A stretch of DNA of 64,000 nt. Origin: Promethearchaeota archaeon. Its GTDB lineage: Archaea; Asgardarchaeota; Lokiarchaeia; Sigyniarchaeales; SOKP01. The stretch spans positions 256,001 through 320,000 of the forward strand of contig JBHLNF010000001.1 in the NCBI GenBank assembly GCA_048937405.1. The letters are read 5' to 3'. Below the pieces are notes generated by a model. That model was not told the DNA's origin, made no database searches, and was given only the letters and a program-made list of their open reading frames with translations. Below, one piece after another: positions 51,095 through 61,063 of the stretch. The stretch's first letter is position 1, and each line of letters starts with the position of its first letter. Made by a program: the position numbers and the translations under genes.

Positions 51095-51805
51095 TTATTT
51101 TTTTATTCGTTTTTTATATGTATAAATACATACAAAGGAAGCTACACAAGTAATACCTATTAAAATAGTTAATTCATATCCAGGAATTCCATTACCCCCT
51201 GGACCAGATATACCTTTAAGAGCAGCACTTTGAAGACTATCAGGGCAAATATCTACATAACTCATATTTGTAGCATAAATAAGATACATACTCATAAAAT
51301 ACCAATTAAGTGAGGAGTCAATAGTAAGAGCCCCACTTGGAATCCCTATCTCGAATTCATCACCATCGATGGTCACAACACTCGCAGGGGTCATATAACC
51401 CCAATCAGTACCAGTCCAATACAGACCACTTGGATTTATGAGATAACCACCACTGCCCCCACCATACATCACCATATATTGTGTGGTAGGATCATCAATG
51501 TCTTCATATAATATGAAAGTGTATATATAACTCGCCGTAGTAGGTACATTTCCACTAAAAGTTATAGTAAAATTTTGTCCTGAATGGGTCATCGTAGCAA
51601 TATCAACCTCTGTATGAAGATCAGTAGAGGTCCAGGTTTCTTCATTACCATTAATTTCGATTATATCACCTGTAGCATCAGTTATATTATCAGCAGTTGA
51701 TAACTTCAAATCTGCTCTTCCTATTGCAGCTGATGCCATAGAAACCATTAAAAAAAGACACAAGATAGATATTATAATAATATTTTTTCTTTTCATTGAA
51801 TTCAC
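51095..51805 (-). CDS. Secreted surface protein with Loki-CTERM-like anchor
   Basis: Signal peptide and C-terminal GIPGY + TM + KKRIKK. Confidence 0.8.
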   Translation of the reverse strand: MNSMKRKNIIIISILCLFLMVSMASAAIGRADLKLSTADNITDATGDIIEINGNEETWTSTDLHTEVDIATMTHSGQNFTITFSGNVPTTASYIYTFILYEDIDDPTTQYMVMYGGGSGGYLINPSGLYWTGTDWGYMTPASVVTIDGDEFEIGIPSGALTIDSSLNWYFMSMYLIYATNMSYVDICPDSLQSAALKGISGPGGNGIPGYELTILIGITCVASFVCIYTYKKRIKK

Positions 51806-51988
51806 TCTTTAGAAATATTAAACTTGGGTTTTTGTAAAATTTCTTACATGAATTGATAGTAATAATAATTATTAAATGTTATGTTAGATCATGTTTATTT
51901 AGTTGTTGGTTCGATTGAAAGACCATCATTTCAATTTTATAAAAAGATATAAACACTAAAGGTAAAAATATAAAAAAAAAAATTTATC

Positions 51989-53044
51989 TTAAGATCCAGA
52001 TTTGTATTTTTCAGCTTTATAGATTCTGTAGAAGTCCTCAATTGTACTTAAAGCAACTAAAGCAATTATCAAACAAGCAATTCCTCTAAAAATGGCATAA
52101 TATTCAGGAGCAATTCCTATATTGGTAAGAGTTTCTGTAGAGTTATCAATAATTAAGATTGGGAATATTTCTGGTCTATTTAACATTAAAACTACCACAG
52201 ATATCGAAGCTAATTTTACTGCTATTGTAATCCCATGAATAATCTGATGCGTTAACATCTGCCTATTTCCTATTAATCCCCGATTTAAATCTAAGATACC
52301 CTCAATTAACATAAATATTCCTGCGAATTGAAGATACAGAAGAAATTCAGGATTAATTAAATTTCTTACAGCTGGAATGGGTAACAAAATTAAGAATATT
52401 CCGAATATAATTCCTATAAATCCACCAATGATTACTCCTACAGGTTTTATATATGACCTTAATGGTTTTTTCTTAATTTCTGAAATTGAAATTCCTTTTT
52501 CTCTTGCGATCTCAAGACTTTGTTTTTCTTCCTCTCGGATTTTCTTTGATTTAAAATCTTCAGGAAAATAACCTTCCATCGATAATGCAACAAAAATTAT
52601 CGTAATTATAGCAAAAGCAGAGAGACATCCAATCTGTATTCCTTGAATTATATTTAAGAAGAATTTACCGATATCTACATTCCCAAAAATAATATCTATC
52701 ACCTGTGAACTGATTGAAATTCCGATTATGACTGCAAAAACAATTCCTAACACTTTTAAATAACTTGACCATAATTCTTCTGTAATATAATATTTTGGTG
52801 TACCTCGACGTTTGTATTCTTTAGCAATATTCTCTGGTTTTCCCATATGAGAAACTGCCAATTCAACAGATTGTAGTGTGGGTTGACCCGTTCCTGATAA
52901 TTCTTCCGCTTTACTCCAAATATGTTCTTCAAGTTCATGTAGGATATCGTTATGTTCTTTTTTTTCTTTAAGCCAGTCAGGAAGTTTAGATTTAACTGCC
53001 TTAAGATATTTTTTTATCATATTGCTCATTTCTTTTTCACTCAT
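51989..53044 (-). CDS. Membrane protein with N-terminal HAAS/DUF1700-like helical domain
   Basis: YLKAVKSKL...ELEEHI...MGKPENIAKEY followed by TMs; coupled to PadR. Confidence 0.75.
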   Translation of the reverse strand: MSEKEMSNMIKKYLKAVKSKLPDWLKEKKEHNDILHELEEHIWSKAEELSGTGQPTLQSVELAVSHMGKPENIAKEYKRRGTPKYYITEELWSSYLKVLGIVFAVIIGISISSQVIDIIFGNVDIGKFFLNIIQGIQIGCLSAFAIITIIFVALSMEGYFPEDFKSKKIREEEKQSLEIAREKGISISEIKKKPLRSYIKPVGVIIGGFIGIIFGIFLILLPIPAVRNLINPEFLLYLQFAGIFMLIEGILDLNRGLIGNRQMLTHQIIHGITIAVKLASISVVVLMLNRPEIFPILIIDNSTETLTNIGIAPEYYAIFRGIACLIIALVALSTIEDFYRIYKAEKYKSGS

Positions 53045-53594
53045 ACTTTAAACCTCTTTCTTTTAATTCTTTTTCTATATTATAACCACATACATCACAA
53101 AAACGTAGTTCTTCACTAGTAATATCAATTTTGTTAGCACACATAGGACAAAATAAATACTTCTCAGGTTTTAAATTAACACTTACATCAAATAAAGGAG
53201 CAATTGCCTCAGTTAATTTGCTATAAAATCCAGCTAGATGGTTAAAAATTTTTTTTCCATAATCTGTAACACTATAAAATTTTCTTCTTCTACCTGATTC
53301 TTCCTTTTTGGATTTAATTATATTATCATCCTCTAGCTTTCTCAAAATGGGGTAAAGTGTCCCTTCCTCAATGACTAACATTTCATTTGTCTTTTCTGTT
53401 AATTCTTTTAATATCCTATACCCATGTAAACCTTCATTTTCAGCTTGTGATAATATAGATAATATACAAAGTAGGCTTATACCTCTATTTATTTCTGTTT
53501 CTTGTTTTTCAACGTAATCTCGAAAGTATTTTGAGGCTATTAAAGCACTTGGATCTAATTCTTTTACACGTTTTATCATAATATTTAACTCCAT
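53037..53594 (-). CDS. PadR-family regulator with C-terminal zinc ribbon
   Basis: HGYRI, EGTLYPILRKLE, RRKFYSVT and CPMC...CDVC motifs. Confidence 0.9.
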   Translation of the reverse strand: MELNIMIKRVKELDPSALIASKYFRDYVEKQETEINRGISLLCILSILSQAENEGLHGYRILKELTEKTNEMLVIEEGTLYPILRKLEDDNIIKSKKEESGRRRKFYSVTDYGKKIFNHLAGFYSKLTEAIAPLFDVSVNLKPEKYLFCPMCANKIDITSEELRFCDVCGYNIEKELKERGLKYE

Positions 53595-53620
53595 AAGTTC
53601 ATTTTTATAGTCTTAATATA

Positions 53621-53657
53621 ATATAGTATTCTATGAATACTATATAGCTCATAGTAT
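53621..53657. promoter_or_regulatory. Inverted-repeat operator upstream of padR
   Basis: Perfect ATATAGTATTC-tat-GAATACTATAT (53621-53645) overlapping ATACTAT-N7-ATAGTAT (53637-53657). Confidence 0.7.
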
Positions 53658-53737
53658 ATAAATCTTTGCATTGTCATACCTATTATTTTTTTGAATTTTA
53701 AGTTTTCAATAGCATTTTAAGATAAGGAATATTTAAG

Positions 53738-55255
53738 ATGGATAAAATGGTTATTAATACTCCTGTTATTATAGGAGCAGCGCAAATTACACAGCGTAAA
53801 AATGTGGAAAAGCCTCTTGATCCTCTTCTTCTAATTGCTAAAGCATGTCAAAGAGCGATAGCAATGTCAGGAATAGATGGTTTGCGGGAAGCTATTGACA
53901 CTATATATATGTCAACTATTTCTAGTTGGATTTATGAAGATGCTTCAGAGAGACTTAGTAATCTTCTTGGAATAAAACTTATTCAGAAATATACAGCTCC
54001 AATTAGTGGGAATACACCTCAATTATTAGTTAATAAAGCTGCTAGAGCAATTTCTTTGAATGAGAATAAAGTTATTCTCATTGCAGGAGGAGAGGCAGCT
54101 TATTCAAAATATCGAGCAGATAAAGATAAAATCACTTTAGATTGGCCAGAATTACCAACACGAACAACTAATAAAATGCAAGAAGCAACGAATTATTATT
54201 CAAGTAAGTTTGAAATGAGTTATAGACTTATTGCTGCTAGATATATTTACGCTTTAATTGAAACAGCTTTAAGAGCTGAATCAGGCAGGAGTTTAAAAGA
54301 ACATCTAGACTATATTGGAAAGCGTTATGAACTTTTCTCTAAAATCGCTTCTGAAAATCCCTATGCTTGGGAACAAAATCATTTCAACGCTAAAGAAATA
54401 ATTACTCCTAATTATAATAATCGTATTATCTGTCATCCATATACTAAAAGAATGGTTGCGAATCTTTATGTAGATCAAGCCGCAGCCTTAATTATAACAA
54501 ATGAAAAAATTGCAGCTGATCTTGGAATTGATAAAAAAAAATGGGTATATCCAATGGGTGGTGCAGATCTAAATAATATTCGTTATATAACTCAACGTTC
54601 TAGATTATACAATTCACCTGCTATTCGAGAAGCATCAAAATTGGCTTTAAATCAAGCAGGGCTTAAACTTAGCAATATAGATGCTTTTGATCTTTATAGT
54701 TGTTTTCCTTGCATGGTAGAAATTGCCAGAAAAGAGATTGGCATTCCTGAAGATGATCCACGCAATTTAACAATAACTGGAGGACTTTCTTTTTTTGGAG
54801 GTCCTCTAAGTAGTTATTCTATGCATGCAATTGTTACGGCAATTGAAATTATTCAAAAAAATCCAAATAAGAAAATAATGGTATTAGCAAATGGGGGGTT
54901 TAATACATCAGAGTCAGTTGGAATATATGGGAGATCTCCTCCTGCTATGGCTTGGACAAGACAAGAATTTGATGCAATTCAACAAAAAATTGAATCAAAG
55001 ATTTTGCCAGAACCAATCGAAAAAGCAAATGGAAATCTTACAATAGAAGCATACACTATTATCTATGATAGAAAAGGATTACCCGAATATGCTATCGTAA
55101 TTGGATTATTAGAGAGTGGGGACCGTACTTTGGCTTTTATTATAGATGATTCTGATAAACTGCTGAGTCTAGAGGAAAAGGAACTTATAGGAAAAACTTA
55201 TTTAATAAAACATGACTCCAAGTTAAAGAGAAATATACTATTGATTGAATTTTAA
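53738..55255 (+). CDS. Thiolase-like acetyl-CoA acetyltransferase
   Basis: GNTPQ, GGEA, VDQAAA, DLYSCFP and TGGLSFFGGP motifs. Confidence 0.85.
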   Translation: MDKMVINTPVIIGAAQITQRKNVEKPLDPLLLIAKACQRAIAMSGIDGLREAIDTIYMSTISSWIYEDASERLSNLLGIKLIQKYTAPISGNTPQLLVNKAARAISLNENKVILIAGGEAAYSKYRADKDKITLDWPELPTRTTNKMQEATNYYSSKFEMSYRLIAARYIYALIETALRAESGRSLKEHLDYIGKRYELFSKIASENPYAWEQNHFNAKEIITPNYNNRIICHPYTKRMVANLYVDQAAALIITNEKIAADLGIDKKKWVYPMGGADLNNIRYITQRSRLYNSPAIREASKLALNQAGLKLSNIDAFDLYSCFPCMVEIARKEIGIPEDDPRNLTITGGLSFFGGPLSSYSMHAIVTAIEIIQKNPNKKIMVLANGGFNTSESVGIYGRSPPAMAWTRQEFDAIQQKIESKILPEPIEKANGNLTIEAYTIIYDRKGLPEYAIVIGLLESGDRTLAFIIDDSDKLLSLEEKELIGKTYLIKHDSKLKRNILLIEF

Positions 55256-55507
55256 CCATCTCTTTTTTCCCTTAATAAGCTTAATCTTTCTTTATTTAAT
55301 AATTTAGAATAATTTTATTTAAAAGATTAATTTTTATTAATGTTGTACTATTTAGAATTAAAGATAGTGAGATCAAAACAATTAAATAACGGTAATTAGA
55401 TTTTATATTTAAGGAGCCGGGTTAGGAGTAATTTGAATTTAGTTTCCAGGTAGAATAAATTATATATTTACAAAAACATAATAGATTAATAAGAAGGGTA
55501 AGAAAAA

Positions 55508-56287
55508 ATGGGACAAAAAAGTGTATATAAACAATATATTGATCTAATTTTGCTTAAAATGAAAAGAAATAGTAAGTACATCTATGATCAACTTACAAAA
55601 CCTAAAGTAGTGAAAATTTCAATATATCTTAGTTTATTGACTTTTTTACCTGGACTAATATTTGGTTTAATAATCGCAATACAATTTGGTGGTTTTGAGT
55701 ATAGTATTTGGTATAACTGGATAAGTGATTTAGGTTCAGTAAGATATACTCCTGCTCCTTTCATTTTAGATCTTACATGTATTCTAAGTGCAATTTTCAT
55801 TGTTCCCTTAATTCTGAATTTAAGTCGATTATATAGTTCACATCAAAATTATAAGTTAGATGATACTAAGAAAGAACACTATATTATACTATTTAGAAGA
55901 ATTTTCGGTTATATCGGAGTAATAAGTTTGATGGTTGGAGTTATTGGTATGTTTTTTGTTGGAGTTTTCAGTTTAGATCGTTCTCCATTTGATTTACATT
56001 TTTATTTCTCTTCGTCAGCATTTGGTGGGTTTGCTGTTGGAGCTTTTTTCACAGGTTTGGCTATAATATTAAGGAAAAGAATATTTCCTAAGACCGTAGG
56101 ATATTTTATGATTTTTGGACCATCAACAGCAGCTATTCTATATATAATAGCTCCAGCACCATTAACAAGACAGTTTCTTGAATGGATTCTGATGTTCTCC
56201 TCTCTAGCATGGTATTATGTTGTAGTTTTCATTACCCTCCAAAAATTAAATTCACTTCTCTTTTTCAATCCTGATTTTAAATGGTAG
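55508..56287 (+). CDS. DUF998-like membrane protein
   Basis: NWISDLGS, GVF...H and LEW motifs; multi-TM. Confidence 0.75.
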   Translation: MGQKSVYKQYIDLILLKMKRNSKYIYDQLTKPKVVKISIYLSLLTFLPGLIFGLIIAIQFGGFEYSIWYNWISDLGSVRYTPAPFILDLTCILSAIFIVPLILNLSRLYSSHQNYKLDDTKKEHYIILFRRIFGYIGVISLMVGVIGMFFVGVFSLDRSPFDLHFYFSSSAFGGFAVGAFFTGLAIILRKRIFPKTVGYFMIFGPSTAAILYIIAPAPLTRQFLEWILMFSSLAWYYVVVFITLQKLNSLLFFNPDFKW

Positions 56288-56400
56288 TATTTTTATTAAA
56301 ATTTTAATAACTTAGAAAAATAATCAAAAACCTTATTTTCTTTCTTTTTTTTAGAACAGTGTAAAAAAGATTATATTAATATTTAATATAAGTATCAAAA

Positions 56401-57228
56401 ATGAATATGGAATTATCAAAAGATCTGAATATTAAACTTCAAAGACTTCTTTCGTTTTTAAATGGAAAAAAAGTTATCGTAGCTTTTTCGGGAGGTGTAG
56501 ATAGTTCCCTTTTAGCATTTTTATCAAAAAAATATGCAAAAGAAACATTGCTTATAACTGAAAAATCAATTCTTTATCCTGAAGAAGAAATTAAATTAAC
56601 ATCCCAATTTGCTAAAAAATATGATATAAACCATTTGATTATTGAACGAGATCCTTTAAAAAACGAAGAATTCCAATTTAATCCGTCAAATAGATGCTAT
56701 ATTTGTAAAACAGGTCTATATAGTGATATAATTAAAATTAGAGATTCAAAAAAATTTGATTTAATTCTAGATGGTTCAAATATAGATGATCTTTCAGATT
56801 ATAGACCAGGGATGCAAGCTTTAAAAGAGTTAAAGATTTCTACACCGTATATTGAATTTAATATAAATAAAAATGAAATAAGAGATCTTAGTAAATTTTA
56901 TGATCTTGAGGTCCAATCTAAACCATCAATGGCTTGTTTTTCATCTCGAATTCCCTATGGTCAAATTATCAATGAAAAGAAATTATATATGATAAAAGAA
57001 TCTGAAAAATTTCTTAAGAAAAAATTTAATTTAACTCAATTAAGAGTGAGATTACATGAAGAAACTCTTGCCCGTATCGAATTTTTGCCTGAGCATTTAT
57101 CCAAAATTCTAACTGTAAAAAATTTAGAAATAATTAAAAGTAAACTAAAAGAACTAGGATTCACATATATTACTATTGATATTGAGGGATTTAGGTCAGG
57201 TTCAATGAATGAAGCTTTAGATTTATAG
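56401..57228 (+). CDS. larE: LarE-like ATP-dependent sulfur transferase (PP-loop)
   Basis: AFSGGVDS, RCYICK, DYRPG, ACFSSRIPYG and GFRSGSMN motifs. Confidence 0.9.
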   Translation: MNMELSKDLNIKLQRLLSFLNGKKVIVAFSGGVDSSLLAFLSKKYAKETLLITEKSILYPEEEIKLTSQFAKKYDINHLIIERDPLKNEEFQFNPSNRCYICKTGLYSDIIKIRDSKKFDLILDGSNIDDLSDYRPGMQALKELKISTPYIEFNINKNEIRDLSKFYDLEVQSKPSMACFSSRIPYGQIINEKKLYMIKESEKFLKKKFNLTQLRVRLHEETLARIEFLPEHLSKILTVKNLEIIKSKLKELGFTYITIDIEGFRSGSMNEALDL

Positions 57229-57242
57229 TAACTATCATTATT

Positions 57243-58660
57243 TTAATTTTCCTTTCTAATAAATTTGATAATCTTTATACGCTTCTCTAATGCTTTAATT
57301 TCTGCTTTTTTAACCTCGTTTTCCATTTTTTCAAGCAACTCAGGTGTCTCTTCTCCAACCTCTTGTTTTATTTTAGTATAGGCAGATTCTCTGAATTTTG
57401 GCAGGATTTCTTTTCTATTTTCATCAGAAAAAGTAAAAAAAACTTGGTTTGAGTCATCTACATATCCTATTTCATCACATTTGATATTAATTCTTTTGAG
57501 ATCAGAGATAATTTTCTCTGCGACGGTTGCTGAGCAATAAATTAAAAGAGCATCTAAAGAAACTCCTAAATAATCAACTCCAACTTTTCTCAACATGTTT
57601 AGAACATTCTGATTTACTAGATTTCTTACTTTTTCTTCAAATATATTTACACCGCATTTAGCTTCATAATTTATCTCATATAAATCTCCTCTTAAACCAC
57701 CATTTGTGACATCACACATTGCTCTAATCTCATCTATATAATCTGAGTTTAAAATAGTTTCACAAGCCTCTAAGAACTTTATATTCATCGTTTCTTTTAC
57801 AACATCATGATTTCCAGAATATATTGCCGTAGTTGTTATTGTTCCACCGCCAGCACCTTCAGTCATTAAGATTTTATCTCCAACTTGTATATTCCTTCTT
57901 GCTAATAACCTATTACAAACTCCTATTGCGCTTATTCCACCGACTAGTCTATTACCAATTACCATATCTCCTCCAATTCTCAAAGTTGAACCAGCGGTTA
58001 TTGGTACATTGGCTAAATCAGAAACTGTCGATACACCAGCTATGAAATCAAATAATTTCCCTACATCAGCGTCATCTCCAAGATGGACATCAATCATTAT
58101 AGAAATTGGTTTTGCGCCTTTAACATAGAGATCTCGTAGTGCGGCTCTCGATACGCTTCACGCAACTTATTACGCGAACTTACGTGAAAACCACACAAGA
58201 ATGGAAAGTCACTTAAACGACTGTGAATACCTTCCATTTTTGATACAATGATTAAATTATCTTCGGCTTTATATCCTTCAATATCACTAATCCTCACAGC
58301 ACCGGCATCATCTAAGGAGCTAGGTGATAGATATGCTCTCTGCTCTGTTTCAGATAACTCTGCGATGAGTTTATGAACAAAAAAGTCGCCTGATCCCCTA
58401 CAACCTATTCCTTGTTTACCAATGGTCACATTTGCCTTATTAATATCTAATAAATATCTCATAAAGGGATCTGAAACTGTCTTTATATCACTTTTTTTAC
58501 ATTCTTCATATATCGCTTCAGCAAGTGAGGTTGCGGACTCTACCTCAATGTCTTTAAAATCCAGATATTCTTTAACAAGACGTAAAATAATTTCTTCCTT
58601 TGTAAAACCTTTTCTCATTAACCTTCTTGTTAAACCTTCTAAATCACTCAAATTGCTCAA
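57243..58660 (-). CDS. AIR-synthase-related (PurM/HypE/SelD superfamily) protein, 462 aa after splicing; exons 58660-58180 and 58150-57243
   Basis: Two track ORFs are halves of one gene: GCRGSGDF, DDAG and GIHSRLSDFPFLCGFHV continue as TRAALRDLYVKGAKPISIMIDVHLGDD in another frame; DVTNGGLRGD downstream. Confidence 0.88.
58151..58179 (-). other. Putative 29-nt mRNA intron with canonical bulge-helix-bulge motif
   Basis: TGTGGTTTTC-ACGT-AAG-TTCGCGTAA-TAAG-TTGCGTGAA-GCGT-ATC-GAGAGCCGCA gives a 10-bp exon helix, 4-bp central helix, two 3-nt bulges and a 9-bp intron stem. Confidence 0.88.
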
Positions 58661-58766
58661 ATCCTTCTAATTTTCTAAAAACTATGAATAAAAGTATATA
58701 ATAGATTTAAATTATTTTGAAAATTCTTATTTATAGTCTAAAATTCCTTAAATAACAAAGATAAAC

Positions 58767-59777
58767 ATGACTTCTTTAAGGATAACAACCCCATGTAGGA
58801 TACATCTTTCTTTAATAGATGAAAATGGATACACAGGGAGAGTTGATGGAGGTATTGGTCTTATGCTAGACCGTCCTAATGTCGTTTTTGAAGCTTCTAA
58901 TAGTGCTGAGGAGTTTAAAATCGAAGCTCATAGATATTATCGAGAGTCGATTGAAGTCATTAATGAAATTGCTTCAAAAGTATTTAAGAAATATAATATT
59001 AGTAATAAAAATTTTCATTTTAATCTTAAAAGATATTTCCCTTCACATGTAGGGTTGGGTTCTAAGACACAATTATCCTTAGCTATAGCTACGGCCATAA
59101 CGAAATTGAAAAATTTTACTCATTTAGCTCATAAGGATCTTACTAAATTGGTAGAAAGGGGTGGAACATCTGGAATTGGGTGGAAAGGTTTTAAAACAGG
59201 GGGTTTTATTTTAGATGGAGGACATGATTTTGGTATTGGGAAAGAAAAAGAAACGTTTTTACCATCTTCAGCATCAACTTCTGTTAGTCCTGCAATAACG
59301 ATTTTTAGACATGATATCCCAGAAAATTGGAGATTTGTACTAGTGATCCCAAATATAAAAAAGGGGGCTTATGGAGATGAAGAAATCTCTGTTTTTAAAA
59401 ATTTTACACCAGTTCAAAGAAGTGAAGTAAATGAAATATCAAATCAAGTGATTATGAAGATATTACCTGGTATTATTAAAAAAGATTTAACGTGCTTTGG
59501 AGAAGGTTTAAACAAAATCCAGAGTTTAGGTTTTAAAAAAATTGAAATTGAGTTACAGCATAAAGTTGTCAAAGATTTACTACGCTTCTTTGAGGATTAT
59601 GGACTAAAAGCTTATGGTATGTCCTCATTTGGCCCTAGTGTTGTTGGAATTGTAGAATCAAATTCAGAAGCGGAAATACTTTTAAGAGAAGTTCAGACCG
59701 CCCAAAAACATCGTGGAGGTCATATCTATATTTGTAAGCCTAATAATACTGGAGCAAAAATTGAATTTATAGATTGA
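58767..59777 (+). CDS. Beta-ribofuranosylaminobenzene 5'-phosphate synthase (GHMP family)
   Basis: PCRIHLSLID, HVGLGSKTQL, RGGTSGIG, GGFILDGGH and GMSSFGP motifs. Confidence 0.9.
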   Translation: MTSLRITTPCRIHLSLIDENGYTGRVDGGIGLMLDRPNVVFEASNSAEEFKIEAHRYYRESIEVINEIASKVFKKYNISNKNFHFNLKRYFPSHVGLGSKTQLSLAIATAITKLKNFTHLAHKDLTKLVERGGTSGIGWKGFKTGGFILDGGHDFGIGKEKETFLPSSASTSVSPAITIFRHDIPENWRFVLVIPNIKKGAYGDEEISVFKNFTPVQRSEVNEISNQVIMKILPGIIKKDLTCFGEGLNKIQSLGFKKIEIELQHKVVKDLLRFFEDYGLKAYGMSSFGPSVVGIVESNSEAEILLREVQTAQKHRGGHIYICKPNNTGAKIEFID

Positions 59778-59783
59778 AATTAT

Positions 59784-60176
59784 ATGTCGAAATCAAATGA
59801 AAAAATTTTTTTCTCACCTGATTTAACTGAGAGGGAACGAGCTTGTTTTGAGGCAGGCATTAAACTGGGCGCATTATATCATATCCTCAGTGGAATTCCT
59901 ATTCAAAATAATGAAAAAATAATTAAATCTATAGAAAAAGGAATAGAATCAGCTATTACTTGTCAACCATTTGTAAAATCAGTAAAAATTCAATTAGATA
60001 GAGCGAAAATTTTGGGTCAAAAAGATACAGAATTTGATTATGATGAGATATCGGGCAAAATAATAAAAGCTGAAATATTTATTGAGTATGAATCTGTAAA
60101 AGTTGTAGCAAAAGTAGAATGGAAGGATGAGTTAGATTATCCACTAATGTATATTGAAAAAATTCAAGAAAATTAA
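59784..60176 (+). CDS. mptD: Archaeal dihydroneopterin aldolase
   Basis: RERACFEAGIKLGALYH, QPFV and YPLMYI motifs. Confidence 0.88.
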   Translation: MSKSNEKIFFSPDLTERERACFEAGIKLGALYHILSGIPIQNNEKIIKSIEKGIESAITCQPFVKSVKIQLDRAKILGQKDTEFDYDEISGKIIKAEIFIEYESVKVVAKVEWKDELDYPLMYIEKIQEN

Positions 60177-60887
60177 TTATTTAAGCAAATTATTTGTATA
60201 TCTACTTATAATTTCTATTGTTTTGAGTGCTTTTTCATTTTTTCCAAATCTTTTAATATTTCCTATAATATCTTGTATTTTTTCGTAAATACTAGAAATT
60301 AGAACTTGATTTTGATTTTTTTTTGCAATCTTTAAACGAGTTGCTAATATTATGGCTTCAAGAGCTAAATTTTCTGCTCTATTAAATAATTTATGAGTTT
60401 CTTGGAATTTTTTAGCAAAAATAATATCTAACATGAAAACAGGTATCACCATTTCTCCTAAACTGTCTTGTCTTGTTTTCTGAAGTTCTTTTGAAACTTT
60501 TCCTATTAAAATAGCCCAAGCTTTCTTAATATAGGGAATATCCATATTAAAAGATTCAATATATTGATATCCATAATATTTCAATGGAAATTCTGTTAAT
60601 CCAATGAGAGAATTAGGATCTTTTAAAGCAGCAAGAGCATATAAATATACATCATTAACAAAATTTAAAGCAATAAAACTAGTTTCTCTTAAATTTTTAT
60701 AAGTAGTGGTACTAGGATAAGGATTAATTATTATCTTATTATTCTCTTCTAATCTAATACCCATACAAGAGGCATTAGGAGAAATATTCCCTATTTTATC
60801 ATCAATAGAATAAGTTGTTGTAATTATTTCATATAAATAATTTCTTCTTAATCCAAAATTTTGTGGAATAAAATTAAATTGAGACAA
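60177..60887 (-). CDS. DUF447-like protein
   Basis: EIITT...PNASCMG, TTYKN and NRA...EAIILATR motifs. Confidence 0.75.
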   Translation of the reverse strand: MSQFNFIPQNFGLRRNYLYEIITTTYSIDDKIGNISPNASCMGIRLEENNKIIINPYPSTTTYKNLRETSFIALNFVNDVYLYALAALKDPNSLIGLTEFPLKYYGYQYIESFNMDIPYIKKAWAILIGKVSKELQKTRQDSLGEMVIPVFMLDIIFAKKFQETHKLFNRAENLALEAIILATRLKIAKKNQNQVLISSIYEKIQDIIGNIKRFGKNEKALKTIEIISRYTNNLLK

Positions 60888-61063
60888 ATCAATCAGTAAA
60901 ATCCTTATGCTTTATAATTGAAAAATCATTTTTTATTATAACTTTTTAACCAATCCTGTTTAATCGCAAGAATTTACAATTCATTAATTATTTAACTTTC
61001 TTTAAGAATCTTATACTTTTTAAAAAAACTTTAAATAAAAATCAATTAATAAATAATATTATT

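Noticed and set aside
58156-58183. Spliceosomal-looking GTAAGT...AG segment overlapping the BHB intron
   Set aside because: It is 28 nt and its removal leaves the gene out of frame; the BHB cut (29 nt) restores the frame.
58097-58190. Programmed frameshift or single-base sequencing error as the cause of the split gene
   Set aside because: Either would leave about 10 extra codons in a conserved motif and would not explain the exact BHB geometry. Still formally testable with raw reads.
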